From Lama guanicoe (taxonomy: Eukaryota), in the NCBI GenBank assembly GCA_013239625.1, contig MU053468.1:124001-188000 (forward strand): a stretch of DNA of 64,000 bases. The letters run 5' to 3'. Position numbers and translations under genes: made by a program. Within the stretch, counting starts at the first letter, position 1, and every line of letters begins with the position of its first letter. Below, piece after piece: positions 31,701 through 45,505 of this stretch. The notes below the pieces were generated by a model. It made no database searches and was not told the DNA's origin. It saw nothing but the letters and a program-made list of their open reading frames with translations.

Positions 31701-31868
31701 GGCAGAGCTGGTCTGGGGCAGCAGGCCTGTGTCAGTGGGCCAGGTCCCTGAGTCTGCCACCATCTGTCCTTCCTTGTTCCACTTCTAGCTGTGGAAAGTC
31801 ACACCACAGTCAGAGTCTGACTTCACGCTCCCTGCTCCTAAGTACAAGCTAGTGTCACATGTCTCATA

Positions 31869-31901
31869 CGCGCGCGCGCACGCACACACACACACACACA
31901 C
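31869..31901 (+). repeat. (CG)n(CA)n alternating purine-pyrimidine microsatellite
   Basis: cgcgcgcgcgcacgcacacacacacacacacac. Confidence 0.9.
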
Positions 31902-33309
31902 TCACACAGTATAGGGGAGCATAGGCTCAGCGCATGGGACTCAGAATCTCAGTCATGGTTCACTCCTCTTTGTACCTCAGTTTTCTCATCTGTAAAACGG
32001 GGGTTATAATAACAGTATCCGTGTCCCAGGATCGTTATAAGGATTAAATTAGTCCATGTTTGTAAGGCGCTTACAAACAAAGGCCCTATGTCTGGCACAT
32101 GGCACTCTATCAACCTATTCGTTTAATAAAATAATAAAAATTAATAAATATGCATGCTTCAAATTTGACTCTCAATGAAAATTACAGGTTGCTTTCACCT
32201 TTGTGCTGTTGCCCCAGGCTGAGCCTGATCCTGCTCACCAGCATGTCCAAACAGGCCTAATGTGAGTAGTTGTAAGTCTTGTCCAGGAATAACATTGCGC
32301 TCTGGGGGTGCGCATTTCGACCTGCTTGTGGAACCCCTCTGCGTTAACAGTGGCTGTATCACGTGTGGGGAAGTCACATGGCTTCTGGTTAAAGACGATT
32401 GAAACCATGTCCTTCTGCCCCAAACACGTAGACATGAGATTGTTAAAAAATTAATGAGAAGGACATGTTTGTAGACAAGAAATGGAGACTTCTCCTTAAA
32501 AGAAAACAGAGCGGAGGCTGCAGGCAGAGAAGGGGCTGGGAAGAGAGCAGGGCTGAACGTGCTGGGTGTGAGCCACAGGGTAAATGCTGAGCCGGGCTGG
32601 GCCCTGAAGCTGGCTGGTGTCAGGATCTGTGCCAGTTGGTGATGATAAACCAGAGCAGCTACGTCCACCCTTCAAGGTCGTGGCAAAAACCAAAGCCCCA
32701 TGCCTGTGGTTGGGCAGAACCATTAGGCTCAAAGGGACTGTCCCAGAAATGTGTCATTCACATGAGGTGGAGGCCCACAGTGGACACTTCTGAGAAAACC
32801 CTGGTCTGGAGCCCAGCCAGGTACAGGTACAGACCAAGTAGAGGCCGCTGGCAGATGGCCTTGGGTTTTATGGAATCTCAGACAGATGGTCTTTGGACCT
32901 CCTCATGATAATAGTTATATCTTTAGTAGATACTAATTGGTAAAAAATANNNNNNNNNNNNNNNNNNNNNNNNNNACATTAAGGACATGTGAAAACCTGT
33001 TAAGAATTTGGTCTTAAGATTTGGTTTTGTTTTCTGGCTGATTGCAAAGGGATCGCCTGGGAACCACTGTCCTAGTACCTAGTGACCCTATATGGGAATC
33101 CCTAACTCCAAAGTTGTTTTTTCTTTTTTAGTTTATCTTTCAATTTACTAATACAACTATATGATATAAAATTAAAAGGTACAAAAGGAAATATGGTGCT
33201 GCAGCCTCCCAGTCCCCTTCCCTGAAAGCAACCACCATTCAGTTTCTTGTATGTCCTCCGGAGATATTCTGTACCAGCATCGTTTCCATGGTAAAAACAG
33301 CCTACCTGC

Positions 33310-33765
33310 TGAATGGATAAAGAAGATGTGGTGTATACATATAATGGAATAGTACTGAGCCATAAAAATGAAATAATACCATTTGCAGCAACATGGATGG
33401 ACCTAGAGATTATCATACTAAGTGAAGTAAGACAAGTATCATATGACAACACTAGTGTGTGGAATCTAAAGTGTGACACAAATAAACTTATTTACAAAAC
33501 AGACTCACAAACACAGAAAACAAACTTATGGTTATCAAAGGGAAAAGTGGAGGAGGAATAAATTAAGAGTTTGAGATTTGCGGATACACACTACTGTATA
33601 TAAAATAAACAACAAGGTCGTGCTGTATACCACAGGGAACTATAGTCAGTTTCTTGTAATAATCTATCATGGAAAAGAATATGAAAAAGTATTTATCTGT
33701 ATAAATGAATCACTTTGCTGTACACCAGAAACAAACACATCGTAAATCAACCATAGTTCAATTTT
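33310..33765 (+). mobile_element. L1 3' fragment (ORF2 end and 3' UTR)
   Basis: Encodes ...IIPFAATWMDLEIIILSEV..., the L1 ORF2 C-terminus, followed by the same 3' UTR as the 5193 copy. Confidence 0.9.
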
Positions 33766-33779
33766 TTGAAGAAGTCTCC

Positions 33780-33925
33780 CTGTGCTGCCCAATAAAGAGC
33801 CATCAGTCACACGCCTGTAGAGCACTTGAAATGTGGCTAGTGCAACTTGGAAGTGACTTTTAAACTTTATTTCATTTTCATTAATTTAAATTTGGATTTA
33901 CATGGCCACACGTGGCTAGTGGCAT
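33780..33925. mobile_element. MER3/MER33-like hAT-Charlie fragment
   Basis: gagcacttgaaatgtggctagtgcaact...ggccacacgtggctagtggc. Confidence 0.65.
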
Positions 33926-35129
33926 ACTCTGCATGTTGTACCACATCTTGCTTTGTTCACTTAACAACACATGTCTTGAAGATAGACTGGCCTTCCTTAT
34001 TTTTAAAAGCTGCTGCGTAATATCCTCTGTAATCCAGCAAGGTATTCCCTTACTCAGCGTGGAGAGCCATGGAGCACAACTTTTAATAAAAAGCTCTGAA
34101 ATCTTTTACATCATGCCATCATAACCAATACATCTTGCAACAATTCTGGGTTCCTCATCCTTCCACTTTTATCAGCCTAAGCCTGAGATAGTTTGATATG
34201 AAATAATCCCTTTCAGGGACTAGAAGAAATAACTTACCATGATCACTGCCCTAAAATACAACGTCCACTCACATGCCCTGTGCCTGGAAGTCAACGGTGA
34301 GGGTGGCATTCCTCAGGGTTAATCATGGCTCCCTGCAAGTGGTTCTCCTTTAGAATGCAAAGTGCACTGGGCAAGGCAGAAATTAATGGAGAGCATCTGA
34401 GGTTGGTTTTGCTTTCGCTCTGATGAGAGGGACAAAGAGATGATGGAGAGGCCAAGGGACTTTGTGAAGCTGTGCGGGTTCTGATGGTGAATCTCCCTGT
34501 TCTTAAAATTCTCCTTCAGTCCATGTGGATCCCTAAGCTTGTGCCTTTAGGCAGCCTTCCTTTCAGGATATTTGAGGCAATGAGAACCTTTCCAGTCTCA
34601 TATGACCTCTAGAGAGCACATCTCACCAACCTCTTTTGATGTTTACCCCGCGTAGCCCTTTCTTCTCTGAGGTCTGTACAGGAGGCAGTGGATGCACGAT
34701 TTAACATCAGACAGGCCCGGGTACAAATCCCAGATCCACTTGGCACAGCCCCTTGGCAGCTCATGGGGCGAGTGCACAGCAGCACGTGCTGGCCTTTGAG
34801 TGGTCAGTCTGTACAAGGAATCATATAGGGGGAATGAAGAAATGGCCTAAACTTCACTCAGAAATATTCCTGAGTCACCACTGGGCAGGGCTTGCGGCTA
34901 GACATTGGACGGAGGAAGGAGATTTGATTCCTGCCTTGTCAGGGCTCCTGAACTAACAGGGAACAGTGCTGGGGTCTGCACACCGGTGGGCACTATCTTT
35001 CCCAATGACAACTGGGAGAGTGGAATTTGTGCATTCTTCAGAACACTCATTACTGCTACAGAACCAGGAATAACCTTACCAGCGGGTCATATGAGTGCTG
35101 AATAAAATCACAATTGTCTGCACACATCC

Positions 35130-35585
35130 CAAATCAAGACTCAGTTACAACCTGGAATAGACTTTTTGGCCCCGAGCGCTCACCTCTCCCTGCATCCACA
35201 CCCTTACCGCGTCTCTGTGGGCAGAGTGTACCGTCTCATTCCCTGGCAGGGGGGCGTCGGCCCATGGAATGGGCAGAAGGGAGAGTGCTGGTTCTGTGCC
35301 TAGGACGGAGGAGGCCTGATGGGTTTCTGCCTTGCCCTCTTATGCCTCCCTTGAGCAGCTACTGCCTCTTCAGCCTGGGCCCCAGAATGAACACACATGG
35401 AAAACACTCGCCCTGGCTGATCTGCAGACCAGGAATGAGGCGCAGAGCAGACCCAGCAAGCAGGGCGTTGAGCAGAGCTGTCCCAGCTACGCTGCAGAAT
35501 GGTGACAATCGTTACTCCAACCCACCGAGTTCTGGGGTGGGTTTGTCACATAGCGCTCTTGTGGCAACAGTTAAGCAGTACATGT
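35130..35585 (+). mobile_element. MaLR (MLT1-type) solo LTR
   Basis: Typical MLT1 3' end ...gagttctggggtgggtttgtcacatagc...gtggcaacagttaagcagtaca. Confidence 0.65.
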
Positions 35586-36339
35586 AGCCATTCTTTTATT
35601 AGGTTCTAAGTTCAGCTGCTGCAATAGAGACCCTACACAACAGCGGGTCAAACAAGAAAGAAATTTACTGACCTCTCATGTGAGAATCTGGTTAAGTAAG
35701 TCCAGGGCTAGTCTGGTGGCGCATGTGTCAGGGAGCCTGGCTCCACCATTCTGCGGTGGAGCCTTCATATCACGAAGCCTTCATATCAGTCACAGATTGA
35801 GGTCTTAATTTCCTGCCGCTCTACAATCCAAAACACTCCACAGCGTGGCGCCAAACTCTCTTTCCAACATTACCCTCCCATACGTAAAGCCTCACCTTGA
35901 CCCACTATTCCCACTTCTGCTTCAGGCCTCAGGGCTTGTCTTCTTCTTGAACGGCTGTGCTCCCCTCATGCCCCCAAGCTGGTGCCCCACTGCCGTCCCC
36001 CAGGTCTCAACATCCCACTCCCACCAGGGCCTCAGGAGCCAGAGCTGGTCAGACCTGCTGCTCCCCAGGAGTGAGAGGCCCTGACCTCCATGGGTGGGGG
36101 GCTGCCATCCAGCATCCAAGAGAAGAATCCAGTCTGCCCCCAGTCATCCTCCCACCCCCCTGCCCAGCCTCTCTCCTCCTCAAGCCCTTCCCTGAAGAAG
36201 CCAGGGAACCTCTGCACCCCCCACCTCCCTCCCTCCTTCTAGACCTCAGTAGATTAGTGAGCATAACAGGGCTTGTTCACATGGGTCTCTCTGGAGGTCT
36301 CACATGGGACTCAGGAGGGGTGGGCATATCGGTTTGGAG

Positions 36340-36848
36340 GGTGACAGGCTCTCTCCTGGACTCAATTCTAGCCAGGTTCCCCTGAGCCTTCTCTGGATTC
36401 AACCTTGGGCTATAAAGACTTAAATAAACACTAACATAGTTTCTAACAGCTCAAGGCCACATCCCAAGGATGACCGCAGCTCCCTGAGAAACACTCCAGG
36501 CTGCCTGAAGAACTGGCTGTTTGTCCCAGCCAACACCTGAAGAGGGGGCCCTGGTCTAGCTTCTGTGAGAGGGTAGGAGCCTAACTTCGATAAGCAACAA
36601 TTAGTCAACACAGATGGGTTTCACGTGGCCAACGCCCCGCCCTTCCCACCTTTTGCACCTCTCCCACTCTATGGAGCCCCCCTCCCCGTTCCTATTCCCT
36701 CATTCTCCCTTTAAAACCCTGGTCACCTCAGGTGCAGCTGAGTTCAGTTCACGATGGACCCATTTCCTGTATTATTGCTACTGTATATTATTGATTGAAA
36801 TCTGTCTTCACCACTTTAAGTAGTGCCTGGCTTTGTTTATGTTTGGAA
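36340..36848 (+). mobile_element. Old ERV solo LTR (MER73/74-like; subfamily uncertain)
   Basis: acactaacatagtttctaacagctcaaggccacatccc body; LTR-like end aaatctgtcttcaccactttaagtagtgcctggctttgtttatgtttgga. Confidence 0.55.
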
Positions 36849-39800
36849 AGGGGAGGTGTCCAGGACTAGCCTTATTATTTATATATTTATTAACCTTTTA
36901 AATAAGCACCCCAGGGACATTTCAGTACAGAGGTCTACAGATCATATTTTGAGAAATTATACTTCCCTTTTCATAATTATATGGATGCCATTTCTCTGGC
37001 AGCCCTTTTGAACGGGAGCTGTATTTTCTGACTGTGGGTCCCGTGGCTAGCACTCCTGCAGGGAGCGAGCTGCCGGCAGTGCCCCACAACTGTAGGGACC
37101 GGGAGGCGGGAAACACCTGTACCACTAATACTGGGAACTGCCAGAGGGCAGAAATGACACAAGGGGCGCCTGTTTCCCCCACCCCCGGCCCTGCGGGTGC
37201 CTGCTGAGCTAGCTTTCTGCTGAGCTACATAAAGGGGAAACAAGTGAGTCTCCAAGGTCATTCGAGCTCTTTCTCATCACTTCCTGGATTCCCGATACTT
37301 CCTGACCCCCACCCCCAGGCCACACTTGGACCTTATTATCATCTGGAATCTACCATAAAAACTCTCAAAAGTCCAACCTTTCCTTCTCTGAACATAAGCG
37401 CTTGTCTTTCCAGTTTCCACTCATGTGTACCCACCACACACCTGCTTCAGCTGCATCAAAACCTCCGGTCTGGCGCCCCATTTTCTCCCAGTTCCTACTT
37501 GGTCTAAACCCCCAAGTTGATCTCTTGGCCTCTCCACTTCCAGGCCACCTTCAAAGTGCTCTTTCTAAAACTCAAGCTTGATCGTGACCTTTCTCTGCTT
37601 AAAACATTGCAGTCTGTGCTGCCTGGTCACGCCCACGTGCCTCCGCCAGGCCCCCCAGGACTGGTCCCCTGCTCCCCGCGCGGCCTCACACACTGCCTTT
37701 CCTGCCTCGCGCTGCGTGCTCGGGAGCAGCAGGCTGTGCACGTGCGAGCACACCTGGGATTTCACGCTTCTCATCGCTGCATTGTCCTGTCTAGACCAGG
37801 CCTTTCCTGCATCTCATCAGCCTAAACTTCTGTGTGGCTTCCTTCCTCTTCCCCTCCTCCAAGCCATCCCTCACATTTACTCCTTTCCAGCCAACCAAGA
37901 GCTGAACCACCGCTTGGCACACTGCCATTGTCACGTCAACACACTGTCTTCTACGTACACCTTCAGGGGTCTGTCCCTCCTCCCAGTCTTAGGAGTGCCT
38001 GGAGGACAGGGACTGTGTCCTAGCCAACTCTTCCTCCAGCACCAGGCACAGTGTCTGGCTTGTAACCCGGGCCCAGGTCAAGTCCCACCTTTTTCATGGA
38101 CTCTCTCCAGCTTTCTAACCTTCCCTCCTCTGAGCCCTACAAGTTTTCTGTGTCATTCTTGCTCTACTCGTACATTGAATCATCTTTTTCTTTTTAAAAA
38201 TGGCTAATTTCTCTCACAGATTTCATTAGAATCAGTGAGAATTTTCACTGAGTAGCTGTTGGCTTTGTATCTCCCTCCCTTGTTCTGTCACTCAGATCTC
38301 AGTAAGGAGCCAGGCTCCGACCCAGTTTGCCCTTCAGTACGATGGGAACACAGGCAGCCATAGGCGGCCATGGTTTTTGTACCAGCTGACTCCTAGAGCC
38401 AGGGTGTGTCCCTGACCCAAGGACAGACAGGCTGGCCAGGTGAAGACTCTGCGTTCTGGCAAAAGCACTGCCCAATCTGGGTCAAGCTGGGCAAAGCAGA
38501 ACCTTACTCTTGGGCATTTTTATTTAAAAATATATTAGGGTAGATTTGAGACTAATAAAGAATTGTGCAGATTGGAGGTAGTGTGACAGAAAAAATATTA
38601 CCTTAGCCTCACTCTATGAACCAACTTTGAAATAATGGAAACATCCCCAAATAGGAACCTGGAGCTACTTGCAATCCTGGCTCGCACGTTGGGAAGCCCA
38701 GCAACACGAGGATCTTTATCCCTGGTTTCTCATCAGCTCCCTGTCTTCGTGTCCACCTCTCTCGTTGACATCAACCCCCGACTCATTACAGAGTCCGGGC
38801 GGGCATGGGGACTTTCTGCTCTTATGACCTAATGGTGTGACCCAAGTGCCTAGTACTGCACCTGGCCCGGAGCAGGTGCTCAGTAAACAGCTCTCGTCAT
38901 TCTCCTCACTGTTGTTGTCACCGTTATTGACTCATTCAGAATTACTTTTACTCACTAAGGTACTTTAACCATCACTGGCTTACTAAACGTGACCGACTAA
39001 TGGTTTTCTTTGCAGGAGTGGAAGAACGTCGCAGCTGACGGAGGTGGCACTGTCATTACACACTCGCTTGAAATCACGCAGCCACAGGCCTTTGCTGGGT
39101 GAGGCAGGAAGTGGGGAGGTTTGGTGCTGGGCTGAGCTGGAGGGAGCTGAGCAGCATGTGGCTGACACTCAGCGGGGTCAGCAGAGGCCAGGACAGCCCA
39201 GGGGAGGCCTGGGGATGGCCACCTTGGGCAATGGCTGCTCTCACACATTCTTTACCCTGTCCCTCCAGCTAGCTCTCCAAGGGTTGGGGGTTCTTTAGAG
39301 AAGAAAAAACTCAATGTGAATTTTCCACCAGCTTGAAAGGGTGGAGAATCCCCTACCATGACAGGAAACACATCTGTACATGAGTTTGAGAGCTTCGGAG
39401 AAAAGCCAGGCCTTGGACTCAGGGTGGAGGCAGCCCAGGGACGCAAACCTGGCCGCCACAGCCCCTGTGAGCGGGGCCCCCGCCGGCAGGGGCAGCTGGG
39501 CTGTGAGTAGCCGCCGCCGGCCGGAGCAGGGGGGACGCAGGCGCCGGCTGTGCTGTGACTGCACGATCTTGCCCCCGGCGCACGACACGCTTCCCACTTC
39601 CCAGGGACTGACTGTACTGGGGAAACGAGGGAGAGAAGCCCTTCTTCATCCTTCTAGTCATCCTCCTGTGCCCACGTCACCCCTCACGGAAGCACTGCCT
39701 ACTGTCAGGGATTCTAGCAACAGCCCTGCTTTCTCCTGCCTGTGGCCCTTGTTCTTTGCTTATAAATATTCAACTATTTACATTTTAAGTCCTCACCATG

Positions 39801-39923
39801 TGGCTAGAATTGGTTGGAATTTGTACATCTTCACTGGAGAAAAAGAAATATTCTATAAGCAATCTTTGTGGAAAGATAATATTAGAAAATACAATGCACA
39901 GGCGGCCCGAGGTGGGACGGCGC

Positions 39924-40020
39924 TCACGCCACGTCGCTCCCCAGTGTCGTCTCGCTCTCCTCGTCCGGCTCTTCCGGCTCGCTGGTCCAGACCACGTCAG
40001 CTGCGTGGTCCGTGGGTGCC
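39924..40020 (-). CDS. LRRC37A: LRRC37-family last coding exon with stop
   Basis: cttgccccag|G; APTDHAADVVWTSEPEEPDEESETTLGSDVA* (acidic tail); the ten visible exons total 2860 nt in one open frame. Confidence 0.85.
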
Positions 40021-40128
40021 CTGGGGCAAGAAGAAAAATGCCGAGGCCTTTAGTCTTGAAAGGAACAATTAAGTTTTTCATTCTTTCCTCATTTCGATGA
40101 GAACTTTAAGTTGTCACCAATCATTTAC

Positions 40129-40265
40129 CTCGCATCCTTACTGAAAATCTCTTCCTCAGAAGACTCATCGTGTAGTTTCTGCGCCATATTTTTTCTGCGT
40201 GTGGCACTGAGAGGTCTGTGCATGTCCCTGAGCCAGAGCGGCCACATTCTCCACAAGACGCCCTC
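40129..40265 (-). CDS. LRRC37A: LRRC37-family cytoplasmic exon
   Basis: ccgttctag|GAG...GCGAG|gtaaat; EGVLWRMWPLWLRDMHRPLSATRRKNMAQKLHDESSEEEIFSKDA (PLW..D...PLSATR motif); 137 nt. Confidence 0.9.
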
Positions 40266-40346
40266 CTAGAACGGAAAAAGGGGAACATTCATTCTGCATC
40301 TCCCCTGCTTTCTCTGGCAACAGTACTTTATCCTCCTCAGATTTAC

Positions 40347-40389
40347 CTGGCTCTCACTTTGCTCTGAGCATTTTCTACGCAGCAAGCCC
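40347..40389 (-). CDS. LRRC37A: LRRC37-family small cytoplasmic exon
   Basis: ttttcttccaag|G...AGCCAG|gtaaat; GLLRRKCSEQSESQ; 43 nt, restores phase 0. Confidence 0.8.
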
Positions 40390-41750
40390 CTTGGAAGAAA
40401 ACACGCACAATTAGTGATGCATGCCACTTTCCACGTCTCACACAGTGTGCCTGTCTGGTCTTACTGGGACTAAATGGGCACCTCAGTAAACACTCACCAC
40501 CAGCAAAGGCACCTCACACCCGGACCCTGATGATAATTCCATGCACACTGGGCTCCCAGAAGCTCTCCATGCCTGTCTGAGATGGCCCCCCCAGTGTCCC
40601 CAGACAGGCCTCTGCATGTGGCCGAGCACGGAGTTCAGGCAGACTTTCTAGCCCCACTCGCCTGCTTGGCCCTGCCAAGTGCCCTCGTGCAGGGACGACC
40701 CTGCACAGCCGTGCGAGGCAGAAGAACGTGACTCTGGAAGTGTTCAGCCCAGCCCTCTGCAGACGCAGTCATACGCAGCACGTGCTGGGGCTGAGGGGGA
40801 GGGAGTCCCTATTTTCCTAGCGGCTTTGTCCTGTAAGCTGGATCACACCATCTAAACCCGAGTCCAACTAGCAGAGCTATCTGACTCACTGACTTTCACA
40901 CTACAAGCTGTCTCTGATGCTAAGTGAATTGTGAAATCAGTTTAAAGACCACGACTAGCACTAAAACACAAAATATGCTTTTTTTGAATATACATAGAAT
41001 AGGAAAAAATCAGAGTGCATAATAAGTTTGTTTTAGAAACTCCTTGTGTCCATATAGTATGTGGTGCTGATTTGTGACATAAAATGTAGCTCACAGCCCA
41101 AGCACAGTGTGATCAATGAAGGCCTCAGTGGAAGGGAAGCATCTTTTTGATACTCACTAGCAGTATCGCCATGGGGCAGGACCTTTTCCCTTTCTCTTTC
41201 TCCACTTTCTTAATATAAAAGGAAGAAACAAACTGCTGTCTGAAGTTTCTCCCAGTTAAAATTCTATGAGGTTTGGATAAAGGGAATAGACTGTGGGGGT
41301 CTGAAAACCAGCAGGAGGACAAGGGAAGTTTCCCTGCCACTTTCTAAGAAGGACTCATATATTCTCCCTTCCAACAGCTTTGAGTGAGGCTGGTCCTCAA
41401 ACCCTAGAGCCATGTGGCCTTCCCTACCCCAGAACCTCCAAGAAGGCCACTGGCCCAGCCCAGCCTGATGGCCACCACCAGCAGAAACAGGTGAAAACCC
41501 AAACCTCTCCCCTCCCCCTTCTTCCCTTAAAGGACTAGGAAAAGCGGAGGCATCTGGGCCTGTCCCATTCCAGCTCAGCTTTGGCTGGGGAGCTAGTTTT
41601 GCTGGTAAACAAATTCGGGTAAAGCATTGTGATAAATAAATATTCTTCCTGCCTTTTGTGCTTTCTTCACTATAAACTGATGAGATTGAAATAGATGAGG
41701 TCTAAGTTCTCCTCTAGTTCTAAAATCCTACTTCAAAAATTACCAGGCTA

Positions 41751-41895
41751 GGGGGAGGGTACAGCTCAGTGGTAGAGTGAGCTGCTCAGCATGCACGAGG
41801 CCCTGGGTTCAGTCCTTGGTACCTCCACTAAAGATAAAGAAACCTAATTACCTCCCCCACAAAAGTAAAACAAACAAAACATAAAGGCTTTTACA
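41751..41895 (+). mobile_element. tRNA-derived SINE (Vic-1-like)
   Basis: ggggagggtacagctcagtggtagag (A box), ctgggttcagtcc (B box), aaacctaattacctccccc tail; imperfect TSD aaattaccaggcta / aagttaccagagta. Confidence 0.85.
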
Positions 41896-41918
41896 AAAGT
41901 TACCAGAGTAATATTTAC

Positions 41919-41965
41919 CTTACGCTTTTTTTCTGAATTTTTGCTGCTCTTCTGTGTAAACAAGT
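41919..41965 (-). CDS. LRRC37A: LRRC37-family juxtamembrane cytoplasmic exon
   Basis: ccaaaacag|ACT...GTAAG|gtaaat; TCLHRRAAKIQKKSVR (cf. human ICCHRR...SR); 47 nt; phases fit. Confidence 0.8.
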
Positions 41966-42267
41966 CTGTTTTGGAAGGAACATGATCAGAATTATTCATC
42001 ACAATGACTATCTCCAAATATTCATTCATTCCTTTTCATTTTAAGTCTTATCTACCCAGTGAGACGAAGCATTTTTTGTGGAAGGAATGCTCTCTTGCTT
42101 AATAATCCTTTGTTTCTTTCACAGTACCTAACGTAGGATCATGCACACAGCTGGCAATACGTTTTACTGATGGTTTTAGGTAGCATTCAACAGATAATGC
42201 CCAATACAAATTCTTAGAAGTAGGAAGACAAAAGTATCTACCAGGAACCTCAGCATCATTTTAAAGC

Positions 42268-43009
42268 NNNNNNNNNNNNNNNNNNNNNNNNNNNNNNNNN
42301 NNNNNNNNNNNNNNNNNNNNNNNNNNNNNNNNNNNNNNNNNNNNNNNNNNNNNNNNNNNNNNNNNNNNNNNNNNNNNNNNNNNNNNNNNNNNNNNNNNNN
42401 NNNNNNNNNNNNNNNNNNNNNNNNNNNNNNNNNNNNNNNNNNNNNNNNNNNNNNNNNNNNNNNNNNAGTACCTAGGACTTAACTGAGAATGTATAAGACC
42501 TATGTGATGAACATTAAAACTCTTCTGAAGGACATTAAAGTGAAAAATGTATACATGGCATGAGATGCCATCTTCCCAGGATGTTGTGTTGTANNNNNNN
42601 NNNNNNNNNNNNNNNNNNNNNNNNNNNNNNNNNNNNNNNNNNNNNNNNNNNNNNNNNNNNNNNNNNNNNNNNNNNNNNNNNNNNNNNNNNNNNNNNNNNN
42701 NNNNNNNNNNNNNNNNNNNNNNNNNNNNNNNNNNNNNNNNNNNNNNNNNNNNNNNNNNNNNNNNNNNNNNNNNNNNNNNNNNNNNNNNNNNNNNNNNNNN
42801 NNNNNNNNNNNNNNNNNNNNNNNNNNNNNNNNNNNNNNNNNNNNNNNNNNNNNNNNNNNNNNNNNNNNNNNNNNNNNNNNNNNNNNNNNNNNNNNNNNNN
42901 NNNNNNNNNNNNNNNNNNNNNNNNNNNNNNNNNNNNNNNNNNNNNNNNNNNNNNNNNNNNNNNNNNNNNNNNNNNNNNNNNNNNNNNNNNNNNNNNNNNN
43001 NNNNNNNNN
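42268..43009. other. Assembly gaps 42268-42466 and 42594-43009 (others at 32950-32975 and 55640-55824)
   Basis: Runs of N, mostly flanked by L1-like sequence. Confidence 0.99.
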
Positions 43010-44856
43010 AAAACCCGCTAGCCACGAGGACGGGCTGATACGGGGACAGACGGTCAACAGACGGCTGCTCTTCCGAGCCTTTGCCCTCTCCTCCCCTGGA
43101 TTGTCTGTCTTCTTGTTCATTTCTAAAACTCTTTACAATAAATAAATATGGGCTTTCATTGATTTTCAGTGTTTCAAACACTTCCCAATGTTTTTGTCTC
43201 TGAGGGGACGAGACAGAAGAGTGGAGTAAGGAGCTCAGGCTTTACAGTCAGGTGAAACTGGCTTCTGCTTTTGGTTTTGTCACTGGGGCCTTAAGTCAAT
43301 GTCCTACATCTATGAAACAAGGATGGTACTGCCGTCCTCACAGGACTGTGGGGATTAAACCAGACAATACACGGAAGACTCTTCGTCCAGTGCTTGGCAT
43401 AGGTCGGCGCTAAGTCGGTGCCACAGACAAGGTGGTCAAATCCACCAAAAGCTTTCTGCCTGTGGCATCAGGCTCTGAAAGCTCTTTTCCACCACACGAT
43501 TATAAACATATTGCTTCTATTTTCTTCTAATACTTTCATGAGTTCTTTTCTTTCATGTTTATGGAGATATGTTTAAGGTAAAAAATGGGGACCTGCTGTT
43601 ATCTTTCCACCAAATAGTGAGGGAGCTGTTCTACTACCATTTATTCATTTTCTTCCACTGATTAGAATGTTAAATGTGACATTTCAAAAGTCTAAAGAAC
43701 ACGTGGGTCTGTCAATTGCTGGGCTGTCTAGCTACTTCAAATAAATATTATGTTGCATTACTCCTCATTGTGGAATTGACATAATGCCTCATCTCTCTTC
43801 CACTGAACATCATTTTTGTCAGCTTTAGGAAAAACACTACATGGTCCCTGTCCTGAAAAAACTTATCTAAGTGGGGAGAGGAAATAAGAAATGGAATAAA
43901 TACAAATGCAAGGTTAAACTACATAGCAATTAAAGCAATAAAAGAGGAGTTTATAGAAATTCTACAAAAGCACAAGGCCATATGCCACCGGCAGATGCAG
44001 GGGGCACAGTCTGGGCAATGGCCAATGGCCAATGACTAGCAAGCTGACCCCACGCTACCCCGCAGCTTTGTAGGCTCAGAAGTCAGACTCTGCCTTCACC
44101 AAGTCTTCCTATCGAGGCAGTCCCACTTTATCACTATCACAGGATGGATCAGAAATCAGAATGCCAAATTATGACTCGTCAGTGAGAAATACATCTGTTC
44201 TACAGACAGGGCTTCTGTGTCTACACAAGCAAAGAACATCCTCCTGCAGAGACAGGCCTCCATGGCACACTGAGGCACAGCTGGAAGACTACAGGGTGAG
44301 AACAGAACTACAACAAAAGGCCACACTTCAGAGGAGCCTGAGGCAGGATTTTATTCACAGTGTTTTGATGGAACCTACCTACACAATGTCCTACACACCG
44401 GAGAAGAAAGCTGGTAAGTAAACCTAATGAATGGACAAGATCACACTTTTATCTCTTAGCCATGTCCTTTCAGCCCTCCCAGGGTGACTGATGGCTCCAG
44501 GAGGTTGGAGATGATGTATCTCATCATTTCACCCAACAAGGACAGAAAGCAGTGAAGGGATGACAATGACTGGTGAGGTGCAGTGTTCTGAGTTGAAGAA
44601 ATTTTACTGCCATGTCAACTCTGGCCTCCTTATAAACTTGACTTTTCAAAATAGTCTAATGGCTTGTTACCTTGGGTTCAGTTCCACAGAGACCCCCTGG
44701 GACTGGAGCTCCTTTAAGAATCCCGGGCATATACTTTTCCATAAAAGACCAAAGCCCATCTCAGCCCTTGTGACTGAAGAGGACTGTGGAGTAGTAGCAG
44801 GTGGAAAGGTAGCTGTGAGTTTCAGTTTGCAGGTTCTGAATCTCAACTGTCCTTAC

Positions 44857-44973
44857 CTTAAAAAGGCAGAAACTTATAACCAAGACCGCCACTACTGCTG
44901 TTACTGCCACAGATAATACTACTGCCCACATGACTCTGCTCATATAGCCGGATCCTGGACCTTCCTCTGTGAG
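44857..44973 (-). CDS. LRRC37A: LRRC37-family transmembrane exon
   Basis: tttttag|CTC...TTTAAG|gtaagg; LTEEGPGSGYMSRVMWAVVLSVAVTAVVAVLVISFCLFK, a hydrophobic single-pass helix; 117 nt. Confidence 0.92.
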
Positions 44974-45061
44974 CTAAAAAAATAAAGAATAATTTCTTTG
45001 AAAAACAAAGAGAAAAGATGAACTCTAACTATTCTTAAACCTACTTAGACACTAGCTCACT

Positions 45062-45189
45062 CTTCTTCTTTGGGGGGTGGGTGGGAGGTAATTAGGTTTA
45101 TTTGTTTTTTAGAGGAAGTGCTGGGGACTGGACCCGGGACCTCGTGCACGCTAAGCATGTGCCCTACCACATGAGCTATACCCTCCCCC
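45062..45189 (-). mobile_element. tRNA-derived SINE (Vic-1-like)
   Basis: Reverse complement of the same SINE (gggaggtaattaggttta...gagctataccctccccc). Confidence 0.85.
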
Positions 45190-45505
45190 TTAGCAGACTG
45201 TTCTTAAACTACTCTAAACCCCATCCTTTCAGGTGAGTAGCTTATAGGTTCATAAAGAACCTACCAGATCTCATGTGTTACTAATCTTGTCAGCATTTTC
45301 TCCTACAATTCATCTTGTGTGTTAAGGCTCCCCTAGGAATAGCGGCACCATTCTCTAAATGAGCACAGTGGGAGATCGCTGTCTTAGCCAGTTTCATGGA
45401 TAAGATACAGACCAGGGGCCCCTAGTCTCCCTGCTTTGGCACTTTAATGGCATGTCCTACACTGAGTACAAGTCCAGGTCCCCATGTGTCAGGCATTGCC
45501 CTCAC

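Noticed and set aside
39380..40072. 230-aa plus-strand ORF over the LRRC37 3' end and an adjacent CpG-rich patch
   Set aside because: No domain or splice support; overlaps the last LRRC37 exon antisense.
41751..41830. tRNA-like sequences (also 45110-45189 and 48340-48415)
   Set aside because: They are SINE heads with A/B boxes followed by SINE body, A tail and TSDs, not tRNA genes.
42261..43181. Long ORFs (306, 206, 163, 153 aa) around 42.3-43.2 kb and a possible extra LRRC37 exon at 43010-43200
   Set aside because: The ORFs run through N gaps, the flanks resemble decayed L1, and LRRC37 exon phases close without an extra exon.
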